In this document: positions 25,340 through 32,815 of the stretch, in pieces
Numbering within the stretch: position 1 is the first letter of the stretch
How the letters are laid out: each line of letters begins with the position of its first letter
Assembly (NCBI GenBank): GCA_046485245.1
Contig: JAWOHG010000249.1
Coordinates: forward strand, 1 to 34,007
DNA from: a bacterium
Lineage (GTDB): Bacteria; Hydrothermota; Tepidihabitantia; Tepidihabitantales; Tepidihabitantaceae
Reading direction: 5' to 3'
DNA: 34,007 nt
The notes under the pieces: model-generated
Seen by the model: the letters and a program-made list of their open reading frames with translations, nothing else
Databases searched by the model: none
What the model was told of the DNA's origin: nothing
Program-made: the position numbers and the translations under genes

Positions 25340-25460
25340 GCAAGTGCGGAAGGGACAAAGGCCCGACCAGGCCCGCGTTCGGTCCGGCGACCTCATCCGA
25401 CTTCGTCCTTAGCCATTCGTCCTTGTTTAGTCATTTGTCCTTAGTACTTCGTCCTTGTCC
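25320..25460. repeat. Degenerate heptamer arrays (GGACAAA / TTCGTCC) in inverted orientation
   Basis: gacaaggacaaaggactaag at 25321-25340 and ttcgtcc-ttagcca-ttcgtcc...ttagtca-tttgtcc-ttagtac-ttcgtcc at ~25402-25455. Confidence 0.65.
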
Positions 25461-25477
25461 TCACAAGGAGGTGCCGT

Positions 25478-26986
25478 TTGAGGATTCTCTGGATTGACGA
25501 CGAAATCGATATGTTCCGGCCGTTCATCTACGCGCTCAAGGACAAGGGCTACGAGGTCGAGACCGCGACCAACGGCCCGGACGGCATCGAACTGCAGAAG
25601 ACGCGCGACTTCGACCTGGTCCTGCTCGACGAGATAATGACCGGGATGGACGGGCTGGAGGTGCTGTCGCGCCTGAAGGCGGCCGACCCCAACCTGCAGG
25701 TCGCGATGGTCACCAAGTCGGACGAAGAAGTGCTCATCAACGAGGCCTACGGCAAGCTCGTCGACGACTTCATCATCAAGCCGTTCACGCCGGTCCAGCT
25801 CCTGGCCGTGGTCAAGCGCCTGCTGGAGAAACAGAAGATAGTGGGCGGGCGCATCGGCACCGAGTACATGACCGCGTCGGGCCGGGACCGCGACGCGCGC
25901 GACTGGCCGGGCTGGATCACGGTCTACCGCAGCATCCTGCACTGGCAGCGCCTGCTCGGCCGGTACGGCGACGCGGGGCTGCAGGACGTGCAGGCCGACC
26001 GGCGGCGCGAGGCCAACGAGCAGTTCTGCCGCTACGTCGAGGAGAACTACCGCGACTGGCTGGCGGGCAAGGGGCCGGTGATGTCCAACCGGTTCATGGA
26101 GACCTTTGTCCGGCCGCAGTGGGAACAGGCGCCGACGTACCTCGTGATATTCGACTCGATGCGGCTGGACCAGTGGGACGCGCTCGTGCCGCTGCTGCGC
26201 GACTACTTCTCAATCGACACGCAGGAGTACTGCGCGATACTGCCGACCGCGACGCCCTACGCCCGCAACGCCATCTTCAGCGGGATGCTGCCCCACGAAA
26301 TCTGGCGGCGCTATCCCAAGTACTGGGTGTTCGAGGAGACCGGCCAGAACCGCCACGAGGCCCAACTGCTCGACGGCCTGCTCGAACGCCTGCGGTTCGG
26401 CGGCCGCTCGGCCTACGTCAAGATTGCCCACGGCGACGAGCTCGAAGGGGCGCGTTCCACCCTGCTGGACCGCGGCGTCCGGTTCACGGCCGTGGTCATC
26501 AACTTCCTCGACCTGCTCATCCACGCGGTGCGCCAGACGCGCCTGCTCGACGAGATAGTGCCGGACGACGCGGCGCTCGTGGGCCTGACGCGGGTCTGGT
26601 TCGCCTCCTCGCCGGTGTTCGAGTTTCTCAAGACCCTGGCGCGGCGCGGGGCCCGCGTTGTCATCACCTCGGACCACGGCTTCATCCGCGTGCGCCGGCC
26701 CACGCTCATCTACGGCTCCCGTGAGATATCGGCCAACCTGCGCTACAAGTACGGCCCGGCCCTGCGGGCCGAGGAGCGCGAGGCGGTCGTGCTCAACCGG
26801 CCCGAGGACTGGCAGTTGCCCATCGAGATGCCCACCAGCAAGTTCGCCATCGCCAAGTCCGACCACTACTTCATCTACCCGACCAAGCCGCGCGAGTACG
26901 AGAAGACCTACAAGTACACGCTCCAGCACGGCGGGTTGTCGATGGAGGAGATGATAGTGCCGGTGGCGACGCTGCGGCCCCGCTAG
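25478..26986 (+). CDS. porX: PorX-family response regulator (receiver + PglZ/alkaline-phosphatase-superfamily domain)
   Basis: AAGGAGGT RBS and TTG start. ILWIDDEID, LLDEIM, MVTKSDEE, KPF. PglZ motifs DSMRLDQW, LPTATPYARNAIFSG, SDHG, QHGGLSMEEM. Confidence 0.88.
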   Translation: MRILWIDDEIDMFRPFIYALKDKGYEVETATNGPDGIELQKTRDFDLVLLDEIMTGMDGLEVLSRLKAADPNLQVAMVTKSDEEVLINEAYGKLVDDFIIKPFTPVQLLAVVKRLLEKQKIVGGRIGTEYMTASGRDRDARDWPGWITVYRSILHWQRLLGRYGDAGLQDVQADRRREANEQFCRYVEENYRDWLAGKGPVMSNRFMETFVRPQWEQAPTYLVIFDSMRLDQWDALVPLLRDYFSIDTQEYCAILPTATPYARNAIFSGMLPHEIWRRYPKYWVFEETGQNRHEAQLLDGLLERLRFGGRSAYVKIAHGDELEGARSTLLDRGVRFTAVVINFLDLLIHAVRQTRLLDEIVPDDAALVGLTRVWFASSPVFEFLKTLARRGARVVITSDHGFIRVRRPTLIYGSREISANLRYKYGPALRAEEREAVVLNRPEDWQLPIEMPTSKFAIAKSDHYFIYPTKPREYEKTYKYTLQHGGLSMEEMIVPVATLRPR

Positions 26987-26994
26987 CGCGGGCC

Positions 26995-27570
26995 GGGGAC
27001 ACGGACAGGGTTCAGGGTAACGGGTCCAGGGCTCAGGGTCAGCCGCAAGCCGCCAGCCGAGAGCCGGAAGGGCGAATGCAGAAGTCAGAAGGCAGAATGG
27101 CGCCGCGAAGCGGAAACTCCAAATCCCAACGTCCAATGTCCAAGGTCCAGTGTCCAATGTCGGCCCTGTCGCTGCAAGCCGTCAGATGTGGAACGCTGTG
27201 CTATCGACAATCGGCAATCGTCACTCGACAATTCCCGCGCCGTCAGCCGTAAGCCGTGAGCCGGAAGGGTCCCGGGTGTCGCCTTGCCGCAAGCCGTCAG
27301 CCGAGAGCCGTTAGCTCGTTCGTCATTCCGGCAACGGCGCGGCGGGAGGAGTGGGGGAAGTGTCCCGCCATCTCCTTAAGAACAACTTGCCGCGGCCAGT
27401 TACAGTTGCGGGCGGAGGCTGCTGCCTCCGCCCGCCTTGCTGTCTGCTGTCGACTAGCTACTGCTCACTCGGCCTTGCCGTCGGCCGTGGAACGCTGTCC
27501 TATCGACGATCGGCAATCTGTGGTCCAGCGTCAGCAGGCCGCCGTTCATCGCTCATCATTCATCGTTCAG
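26995..27570. repeat. Mosaic of many different heptamer tandem arrays plus a 32-bp direct repeat
   Basis: Consecutive arrays of GGGTTCA-, AGCCGCA-, GCAGAAG-, TGTCCAA-, ATCGACA-, AGCCGTA-, CTACTG-like and TTCATCG-type units. gtggaacgctgt(g/c)ctatcgac(a/g)atcggcaatc occurs at 27188-27219 and 27487-27518. Confidence 0.8.
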
Positions 27571-27615
27571 CGTTGCTGTTGACGATGCGTCCCCGGGTTT
27601 CTCGATGCCAGGACC

Positions 27616-27981
27616 TCAGGGTGAGTGCAGGGCAATGCGGTTCCCTTCGACATCCTGGAACTCGGCAACCCAGCCGAGGTCCCCGACCGATGTCTTGGGA
27701 TACAGGACGTTGCCGCCGTTCGACAGGACCCGGGCGAGCGTTTCATCGATGTTGTCGGTGTTGAAGTAGACGCGCGTACCCGCTGTTGCCGGGGTGTAGC
27801 TCTCTCCCTTGGCCAGGGCACCGGTGATTCCCGGGGCCTGGTCGTGCGACGGGAACAGGGCCATTGGATGCCCGTCGATGACGGTCAGCACCAGCCTGAA
27901 GCCGAATACCGACTCGTAGAAGCGCACTGCCCGGTCGAGGTCATCCACCGGGATCTCGAAGTAACCGACAGGGTTCTTCAT
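27616..27981 (-). CDS. VOC/glyoxalase-bleomycin-resistance family protein
   Basis: NPVGYFEIPVDDLDRAVRFYESVFG, VYFNTDNID, GGNVLYPKTSVG, AEFQDVEGNRIALHS. GAGGAG RBS. Confidence 0.92.
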   Translation of the reverse strand: MKNPVGYFEIPVDDLDRAVRFYESVFGFRLVLTVIDGHPMALFPSHDQAPGITGALAKGESYTPATAGTRVYFNTDNIDETLARVLSNGGNVLYPKTSVGDLGWVAEFQDVEGNRIALHSP

Positions 27982-29270
27982 TCCTTGCCGCTCCTCATCC
28001 TATCCGACGACCTCAGGTCCGCCGCCGGGAAACCCGGAAAGACCCCGGATACGTCTGGATTCTCGTACTTCGGACTGCAGTCCGGTTCGCGGCCGGGCAG
28101 GAAGCAGCCGGGCGGGGGAGTGGAGTGCAGCGCGCCTGTTGTAGTGTCGGACTGCCATACTACGGTTCCGTGTTTATCAATGTAACCCCAGCCGGGGGTG
28201 AATATCACAACCGCGAGTCCGCCATCGAAAGCATATGCCCCATCATAACGTGGGTTGATGGCAAAGCGACCTTCAGTATCGATGTAGCCGAAACTGTCGC
28301 CGACAGCCACGACAGCCAGCCCCTCTGAGAAGGCATAGCCCCAGTCAAACTGAGGTGGTATCGACACTGCGCCGTTCCTGGAGATGTACCCACACCTGTC
28401 GTCGACTCTCACCACAGCCAGGCCTTCTGAGAACGAACCCGCCCCGTCGTATTCAGCGTCGATAGCGAACGCCCCATGTTTGTCAATATAGCCGTACTTG
28501 GTGCTCTCGCGCGCGCATGCGAGTCCCTCACTGAATGGCCTGGCATCTCTGAATCTCAGAGGGATAGCAGTAGCGCCGGCCTTGTCAATGTAGCCCCATC
28601 GCCATTCGGCCAGGTCAAGGACACATGCAAGTCCGTCGGCGAAGTCGTCGGCATAGAAGAACTGGCCGGGGATGGCCGCACGCCCCGCCCTGTCAATGTA
28701 GCCGACGCTATCTCTGCTGGACTCGTCCTTTACCCAGGCCAAGCCCTCAGAGAAGTTGCCGACCTCATGGTACTTCGCCGCAATCACCGCAGTCCCAGAC
28801 CTGTCCAGGAACCCAAGCTTATTGGGGACCCAGAACGCGGCCCGGCCCTCATGGAAGTCGGCTACGTATTCAAACTGAGGGTCGATCACGAATTCGCCAT
28901 CCTCGTCAATGAAGCCCCATCCGCGAGAAGAGATGCAGACAGCGGCCAGTCCTTCACTGAAAGGCCGTGCCTCGGAGAACTGCGGCTCGATTACTACGAC
29001 ACCATGCTTGTTCATGTAGCCCCAGAAGCCGCCCTCGTTAATCAGGTACAGCCCGGAGTGTCGAGTGTTGCCCCACAGGTCGCAACTTAGGAAGATGAGC
29101 ACCAGCACAATCGCCAGTCCCGGGAGCCACGACAGCGCTCTCGGGCATCGGCATCGCGGGCTATGGGTTGTACTGGGTGCTTCCGGATTCACGCTATTCG
29201 GACTGCAGTCCACGCCGCAGCCGGGCGGGATGCCGCCGGCCAGGGGACCTTGTACGCCTTCGCGTTCCAC
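27978..29270 (-). CDS. WG-repeat (KWG Leptospira-like) putative lipoprotein; both termini uncertain
   Basis: About 9 repeats of (W/Y)G(Y/F)IDxxGxxxIxPxFxxAxxFSEGLAxV. Hydrophobic stretch ending LIFLSC is a possible lipobox. Codon usage is visibly less GC-skewed than the flanking genes. Confidence 0.85.
   Translation of the reverse strand: MEREGVQGPLAGGIPPGCGVDCSPNSVNPEAPSTTHSPRCRCPRALSWLPGLAIVLVLIFLSCDLWGNTRHSGLYLINEGGFWGYMNKHGVVVIEPQFSEARPFSEGLAAVCISSRGWGFIDEDGEFVIDPQFEYVADFHEGRAAFWVPNKLGFLDRSGTAVIAAKYHEVGNFSEGLAWVKDESSRDSVGYIDRAGRAAIPGQFFYADDFADGLACVLDLAEWRWGYIDKAGATAIPLRFRDARPFSEGLACARESTKYGYIDKHGAFAIDAEYDGAGSFSEGLAVVRVDDRCGYISRNGAVSIPPQFDWGYAFSEGLAVVAVGDSFGYIDTEGRFAINPRYDGAYAFDGGLAVVIFTPGWGYIDKHGTVVWQSDTTTGALHSTPPPGCFLPGREPDCSPKYENPDVSGVFPGFPAADLRSSDRMRSGKE
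28057..28119. repeat. Imperfect direct repeat, copy 1 (core palindrome GGACTGCAGTCC)
   Basis: Aligns without gaps to 29185-29247: 36/46 identical over the first 46 nt, including an exact 15-nt ttcggactgcagtcc. Confidence 0.75.
29185..29247. repeat. Imperfect direct repeat, copy 2
   Basis: See copy 1. The two copies bracket the WG-repeat core. Confidence 0.75.
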
Positions 29271-29314
29271 GTGGCGATTCTAGGTCGACCGGACACCCTG
29301 TCAAGGGGAGGAGA

Positions 29315-29386
29315 GACGATAGACGATGGACGATGGACGCTAGACCGGTCGGACAGTGATGAACTATGAGTGATGAATGATGAATG
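29315..29386. repeat. Two heptamer arrays (GACGATR and TGATGAA)
   Basis: gacgata-gacgatg-gacgatg-gacgcta and tgatgaa-ctatgag-tgatgaa-tgatgaa. Confidence 0.7.
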
Positions 29387-29825
29387 GCCGGTGCCGGACG
29401 GTGGACTCAAGGCTCTGGCCCGCGGTCATCGGAAAAACGAGGCGGGGGGCGATTCGGTCGCGGGCGCGTGACGAAGTCGCTAGAGCGAGCGAGAGCGGTG
29501 GTCCGCCGCTGGCCGGACGCTCGCTCCCCGAGGTCGCGGAGGCCGTGCGCTGGTTGCAGGGCCTGTTGAACAGGCAGCCGGAACTGTCCGCGGTCAGCCG
29601 CAGCTTCCGCTGAAAGCCCACTTGGAGCCAAAAGGCCTGGGTCATTGTCAGCCTGGGTGATTGGGTCACTCTCGGCTGAATGGCCTGGCTGACTTCCTCG
29701 CCAATGGCCCGGTCCAGTTTACGGTTCAGTCTCCGGTCGATTGCACGGCACAGTTCGTGGTCGATTGACCGTTTCAAGGCCCGGTTCGAGTCCCGGCTCA
29801 CTTTCCGGCTGGTTTCATCGCTCAT
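29364..29825 (-). CDS. Possible hypothetical protein with tetrapeptide periodicity (may instead be a non-coding 12-nt array)
   Basis: AGGA 5 nt before ATG. MSDE TSRK VSRD SNRA LKRS IDHE LCRA IDRR LNRK LDRA IGEE VSQA IQPR VTQS. The C-terminal half is featureless and runs into heptamer repeats. Confidence 0.35.
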   Translation of the reverse strand: MSDETSRKVSRDSNRALKRSIDHELCRAIDRRLNRKLDRAIGEEVSQAIQPRVTQSPRLTMTQAFWLQVGFQRKLRLTADSSGCLFNRPCNQRTASATSGSERPASGGPPLSLALATSSRARDRIAPRLVFPMTAGQSLESTVRHRPFIIHHS

Positions 29826-30041
29826 AACTTTCCTGAAATCCTCGCTTTAGGCCCGGTCTGAGGCCTCTTTTGTGGCCCGAGAGGAGGCCGGCCCCGGGGC
29901 CGCTGGCAGGCCTATGGCAGGCCGCTGGCCCTACGGGAGGACGCAGCCCGCTCGCATCGGGCCGGCGTAGCGCAGGTCTGCGCGGGAGGTGTCACGGCGG
30001 GGTCAGGGAACGGCGAGATGACACTACAGGTAGAGGGGGGA

Positions 30042-30269
30042 GTGAGTCCCGGGGTCAACCTGTAGACCAGCAGTGCGGCGAACTTGGTGACGAGCCCGAT
30101 GACGACGTCGATGGCCAACCTGCGGGCAAGCGACGGCGTGAGCGTGGGTCCAAGCGTGGGCCTGAGCCCGGCCGCAAGCCGCGCGGAGAGGTAGTTGATG
30201 AGCCGTGTCTTGAGTCTTCGGGCGACAGCGGCGGCGAATCCGATTCTGACGAAGGCGGTCAGGAGTGAT
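30042..30269 (+). repeat. Degenerate 12-nt periodic array (19 units)
   Basis: Units gtgagtcccggg, gtcaacctgtag, accagcagtgcg, gcgaacttggtg, acgagcccgatg ... ctgagcccggcc, atgagccgtgtc. A is invariant at position 4 of every unit. Confidence 0.65.
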
Positions 30270-30325
30270 GCGACGGCAGGCCCAAGAGCCGCAGTCGCCT
30301 TGCGCCAGGCGCCTGCGTCGCTGCA

Positions 30326-30458
30326 CCCCTCACCCTAACCCCTTCGGCAAGCCCAGGGCAGGCTCTCTCCCGCGAGGGGAGAGGGAACGGCGTAATCCAT
30401 CGGCCTGACTGACACGCGATCACCCCTTGCCCTGGCTCTATCCCGCAAGGGGAGAGGG
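30326..30458 (+). repeat. Two REP-like CCCCTCACCC...CTCTCCC-n-GGGAGAGGG elements, the first with a 24-nt nested insert
   Basis: 30326-30385 contains ccttcggcaagcccagggcaggct. 30423-30458 lacks it. Related copies at 1690-1725, 32898-32956 and (inverted) 32984-33019. Confidence 0.8.
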
Positions 30459-30479
30459 ACGCCCGCGCGGTCCGGCGCT

Positions 30480-30508
30480 TTGACCGGTATGTCGTTTTCT
30501 GCTATAAT
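30480..30508 (+). promoter_or_regulatory. Near-consensus sigma70 promoter with no credible downstream CDS
   Basis: TTGACC-N17-TATAAT, same hexamers and spacing as 7189-7217. Confidence 0.75.
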
Positions 30509-30514
30509 TATTGC

Positions 30515-30624
30515 GTTCGAGAGTGTTGGTGATGGCGGACTCGGCCGGGGCGCAAAGCCCTGGCTCTAGTGAGCGAGTTCCTCCTACACCGACGAGCCGT
30601 CCGGCTTGCCGGACGGCTCCTTTT
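30515..30624 (+). ncRNA. Candidate structured small RNA 1 (~110 nt), family unknown
   Basis: Lies between a promoter and an intrinsic terminator. gttggtg/caccgac, gga/tcc, ctcg/cgag and gccggggc-GCAAA-gccctggc form nested stems, with a possible side hairpin gctc-tagt-gagc. Confidence 0.55.
30594..30624 (+). terminator. Rho-independent terminator
   Basis: gagccgtccgg-cttg-ccggacggctc followed by ctttt. Confidence 0.8.
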
Positions 30625-30694
30625 ATGCCGGCTTGGGGTTTGGGACTTGGCGTTTGGGGTTTCCGCGCGAAGCCGGCTGCATCGGTTTTTCCGC

Positions 30695-30722
30695 TTGACA
30701 ATGACAGGACGCAAGTTACAAT
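30695..30722 (+). promoter_or_regulatory. Sigma70-type promoter with no credible downstream CDS
   Basis: TTGACA-N16-TACAAT. Confidence 0.7.
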
Positions 30723-30727
30723 CCAAT

Positions 30728-30789
30728 CGGACGCGGCAAATCTGTCCACAAGGTCGTGGCCCGGAGAAACTCCGGGCCACTCGTTTTTT
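30728..30789 (+). ncRNA. Candidate small RNA 2 (~60 nt), family unknown
   Basis: ggacgcg-GCAAA-tctgtcc hairpin, a short linker, then a terminator. Confidence 0.45.
30756..30789 (+). terminator. Rho-independent terminator
   Basis: gtggcccggag-aaa-ctccgggccac followed by tcgtttttt. Confidence 0.8.
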
Positions 30790-30855
30790 GCCCAGACCGA
30801 GGCACAGGTCTCAAGGGCGAGGACCAAGCAACGCTGAAAGGCCAACGGCAGGCCC

Positions 30856-31156
30856 GAGGGTCAGGGTTCAGGGGCAAGGTTCAGGGCCGGGCCATCAGCC
30901 GTAAGCTGCAAGCTGTCAGCCGGAGCGCCGCGGTCGCCCTGCGGCCTTACAATGACCACCGCCCTGCTGCGAGCCGTCAGCGGAGGGGACGCGATGTCAG
31001 ATGTGAGACGACACGGAGTGTCGCCCTGAGGCTTGGCGAAGGGTCGCCGGTGCGGACGAGTGCTGGCTCGCGGACGCGGCGTCAGATGAGTGATGTCAGA
31101 TTCGAGATGTCAGACGTATCCTGCCGTGAGCCGTTGGCTGTAAGCCGTGAGCCGTT
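30856..31156. repeat. Second mosaic of heptamer arrays
   Basis: GGGTTCA-type (~30858-30885), AGCCGTA/AGCTGCA-type (30897-30921, 31124-31155) and GATGTCA-type (30992-31010, 31080-31115). Confidence 0.7.
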
Positions 31157-31171
31157 TGCGGCACGATTCTG

Positions 31172-31429
31172 TTGACAAGGAATGGCGCGGGATTAGTCTT
31201 GCACAACGGCTCTACGGCGAGGAGGCGCCGGGAGGCACTAACCCTGCCAACCAGACTGACTTTGAACCCGCCGGAGCCTGTCAAGCCTTACCGAAGGCAG
31301 TATACCAAAATCTGGATTGTCCGTTTGTAACGGCGGGTGCGGCATTCGCACGGGCCCTGGGCCGGCGGCGTCGGCTTAACGCCACCGGCTTCGGCACGGA
31401 TGCGCGCCTGCGAAAGGGGTGGCTGAGAA
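31172..31429 (+). promoter_or_regulatory. Probable promoter and long structured 5' leader of rmuC
   Basis: TTGACA-N16-TAGTCT at 31172-31199, then ~225 nt with several GC-rich stems and alternative pairings. Confidence 0.5.
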
Positions 31430-32791
31430 ATGAGCCTGCTGGTAGTGTTCGGGGCAGTGGCACTGGTGGGAGTCGCCGCGTGGATGTGGTCGGGCGCGGT
31501 CACGCGCTCGCGCATGCAGCGCGTGATGATGCAGGTGGAGATGAAGGCCGAGAGCCTGCAGGCCGCGAACGAGGCGCTGCACGGCCAACTCGACAAGCTG
31601 GACCTCGTCAACGAGGAGATGCGGCGCCAGCTCGACAAGGAGAAGGAGTCGCGGGTGCAGGCGCAGACGCGCCTCGAGGAGGCTTCGCGCGGCATCAAGG
31701 AGCAGAGGAAGCTCCTCGATGAGGCGACCGAGAAGCTGAAGGGTTCTTTCAACCGGATGGCCACCGGGGTTCTCAAGAGCAACAACGAGATGTTCATCGA
31801 CCTCGCCCGCCAGGCGCTGGAGAGCGTCGTGGGCAAGGCCGAGGGCGGCATCGACCGCCAGCACGCCGAGATGAAGAACCTCGTGGGGCCGATTGCCGAG
31901 GCCCTGCAGAAGTTCGAGGCCCGGGTCGACGAGCTGGAAGCCGAGCGCCAGACGGCCTACGGCAGCCTCGAGTCGCAGATGGCCGGGCTGTCGCGGACGA
32001 GCGAGACGCTGCAGCGCGAGACCGCGGCGCTGGTGTCGGCCCTGAAGCGGCCGCACGGCGGCGGCGCGTGGGGCCGCGTCTCCCTGCGCCACGTGGTCGA
32101 GATGGCCGGGCTGGCCGAGTTCTGCGAGTTCAGCGACCTGACGCCTGCCCCCGAGGGCGAGCGCGCCCGGCCCGACCTGCTGGTGCGCCTGCCCGGTGGC
32201 CGGTCGATCGCGGTGGACGCGCGCGTGCCGCTGGCCAGTTACGTCGAGGCGATGGAGGCCGGCGACGATTCGACGCGCGACGCCAAGCTGGTCGAGTACG
32301 CGGCGGCCGTGCGCGAGCACCTCAAGGGCCTCGGGCCGAACGGCCACGGCGACGCGGGCCGGCCCGACGTGTCGGTTATGTTCCTGCCGGGCGACGCTTT
32401 CCTTTCGGCCGCGGTCGAGCAGGACCGCGAGCTGGTGGACGACGGCCTGCGCACCAGGGTCGTGATGGCTACCCCCGCGACACTGGTGGCGCTTTTGAAG
32501 TCCGTCGCGCTGACCTGGCAGCAGGAGAAAGTGACCGTGCGGTCGGAGGAAATCCGGGCCGCAGGCAAGGACCTGTTCGAGCGCGTGTCGCGGTTCACCG
32601 ACCACCTCGAGGAGGTCGGCGAGGGCCTGCGCCGCGCGTCCAAGTCCTACAACGATGCGGTGGCGAATTGGAACACGCGGCTGGTGCCGGGCGCGCGCCG
32701 GATGGGCGAGCTGACCTCGGCGACGAGCGAGCCGGTCGAGCAGGCCGTACCCCAGCCGGTGGAGCAGGTCATCCAGGCAGTCAGAAGTTAG
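31430..32791 (+). CDS. rmuC: DNA recombination protein RmuC
   Basis: N-terminal TM and coiled coil. GAWGRVSLRHVVEMAGL, RPDLLVRLPGGRSIAVDARVPL, VMFLPGDAFL, MATPATLVALLKSVALTWQQE. Confidence 0.93.
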   Translation: MSLLVVFGAVALVGVAAWMWSGAVTRSRMQRVMMQVEMKAESLQAANEALHGQLDKLDLVNEEMRRQLDKEKESRVQAQTRLEEASRGIKEQRKLLDEATEKLKGSFNRMATGVLKSNNEMFIDLARQALESVVGKAEGGIDRQHAEMKNLVGPIAEALQKFEARVDELEAERQTAYGSLESQMAGLSRTSETLQRETAALVSALKRPHGGGAWGRVSLRHVVEMAGLAEFCEFSDLTPAPEGERARPDLLVRLPGGRSIAVDARVPLASYVEAMEAGDDSTRDAKLVEYAAAVREHLKGLGPNGHGDAGRPDVSVMFLPGDAFLSAAVEQDRELVDDGLRTRVVMATPATLVALLKSVALTWQQEKVTVRSEEIRAAGKDLFERVSRFTDHLEEVGEGLRRASKSYNDAVANWNTRLVPGARRMGELTSATSEPVEQAVPQPVEQVIQAVRS

Positions 32792-32815
32792 TCCTCAGGC
32801 GAGTAGGTCATAGCG

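Noticed and set aside
27256-27582. Small ORFs across the repeat mosaic
   Set aside because: They are translations of heptamer repeats with no RBS or domain signal.
27570-29300. Integron cassettes (VOC and WG genes are cassette-like cargo)
   Set aside because: No RYYYAAC...GTTRRRY attC structure and no integrase found.
29870-30268. 132-aa plus-strand ORF as a real gene
   Set aside because: Weak TTG start without RBS and low-complexity product. Better explained as a by-product of the 12-nt array, though not excluded.
29590-30269. DGR template/variable repeat pair
   Set aside because: The arrays are not near-identical copies differing at adenines, and there is no reverse transcriptase in the window.
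30515-30593. c-di-GMP-I or fluoride riboswitch (GGCGCAAAGCC; GGTGATGG...CTCCTAC)
   Set aside because: Only fragments match. The GGCAAAC/GAAA arm and the crcB P1/pseudoknot pairings are absent, and no regulated CDS follows.
31205-31429. TPP riboswitch or 6S RNA (CTGAGA, TTTGAACC, CCCTGC)
   Set aside because: The TPP elements are in the wrong order and I cannot build the long 6S rod. Left as an unassigned leader.
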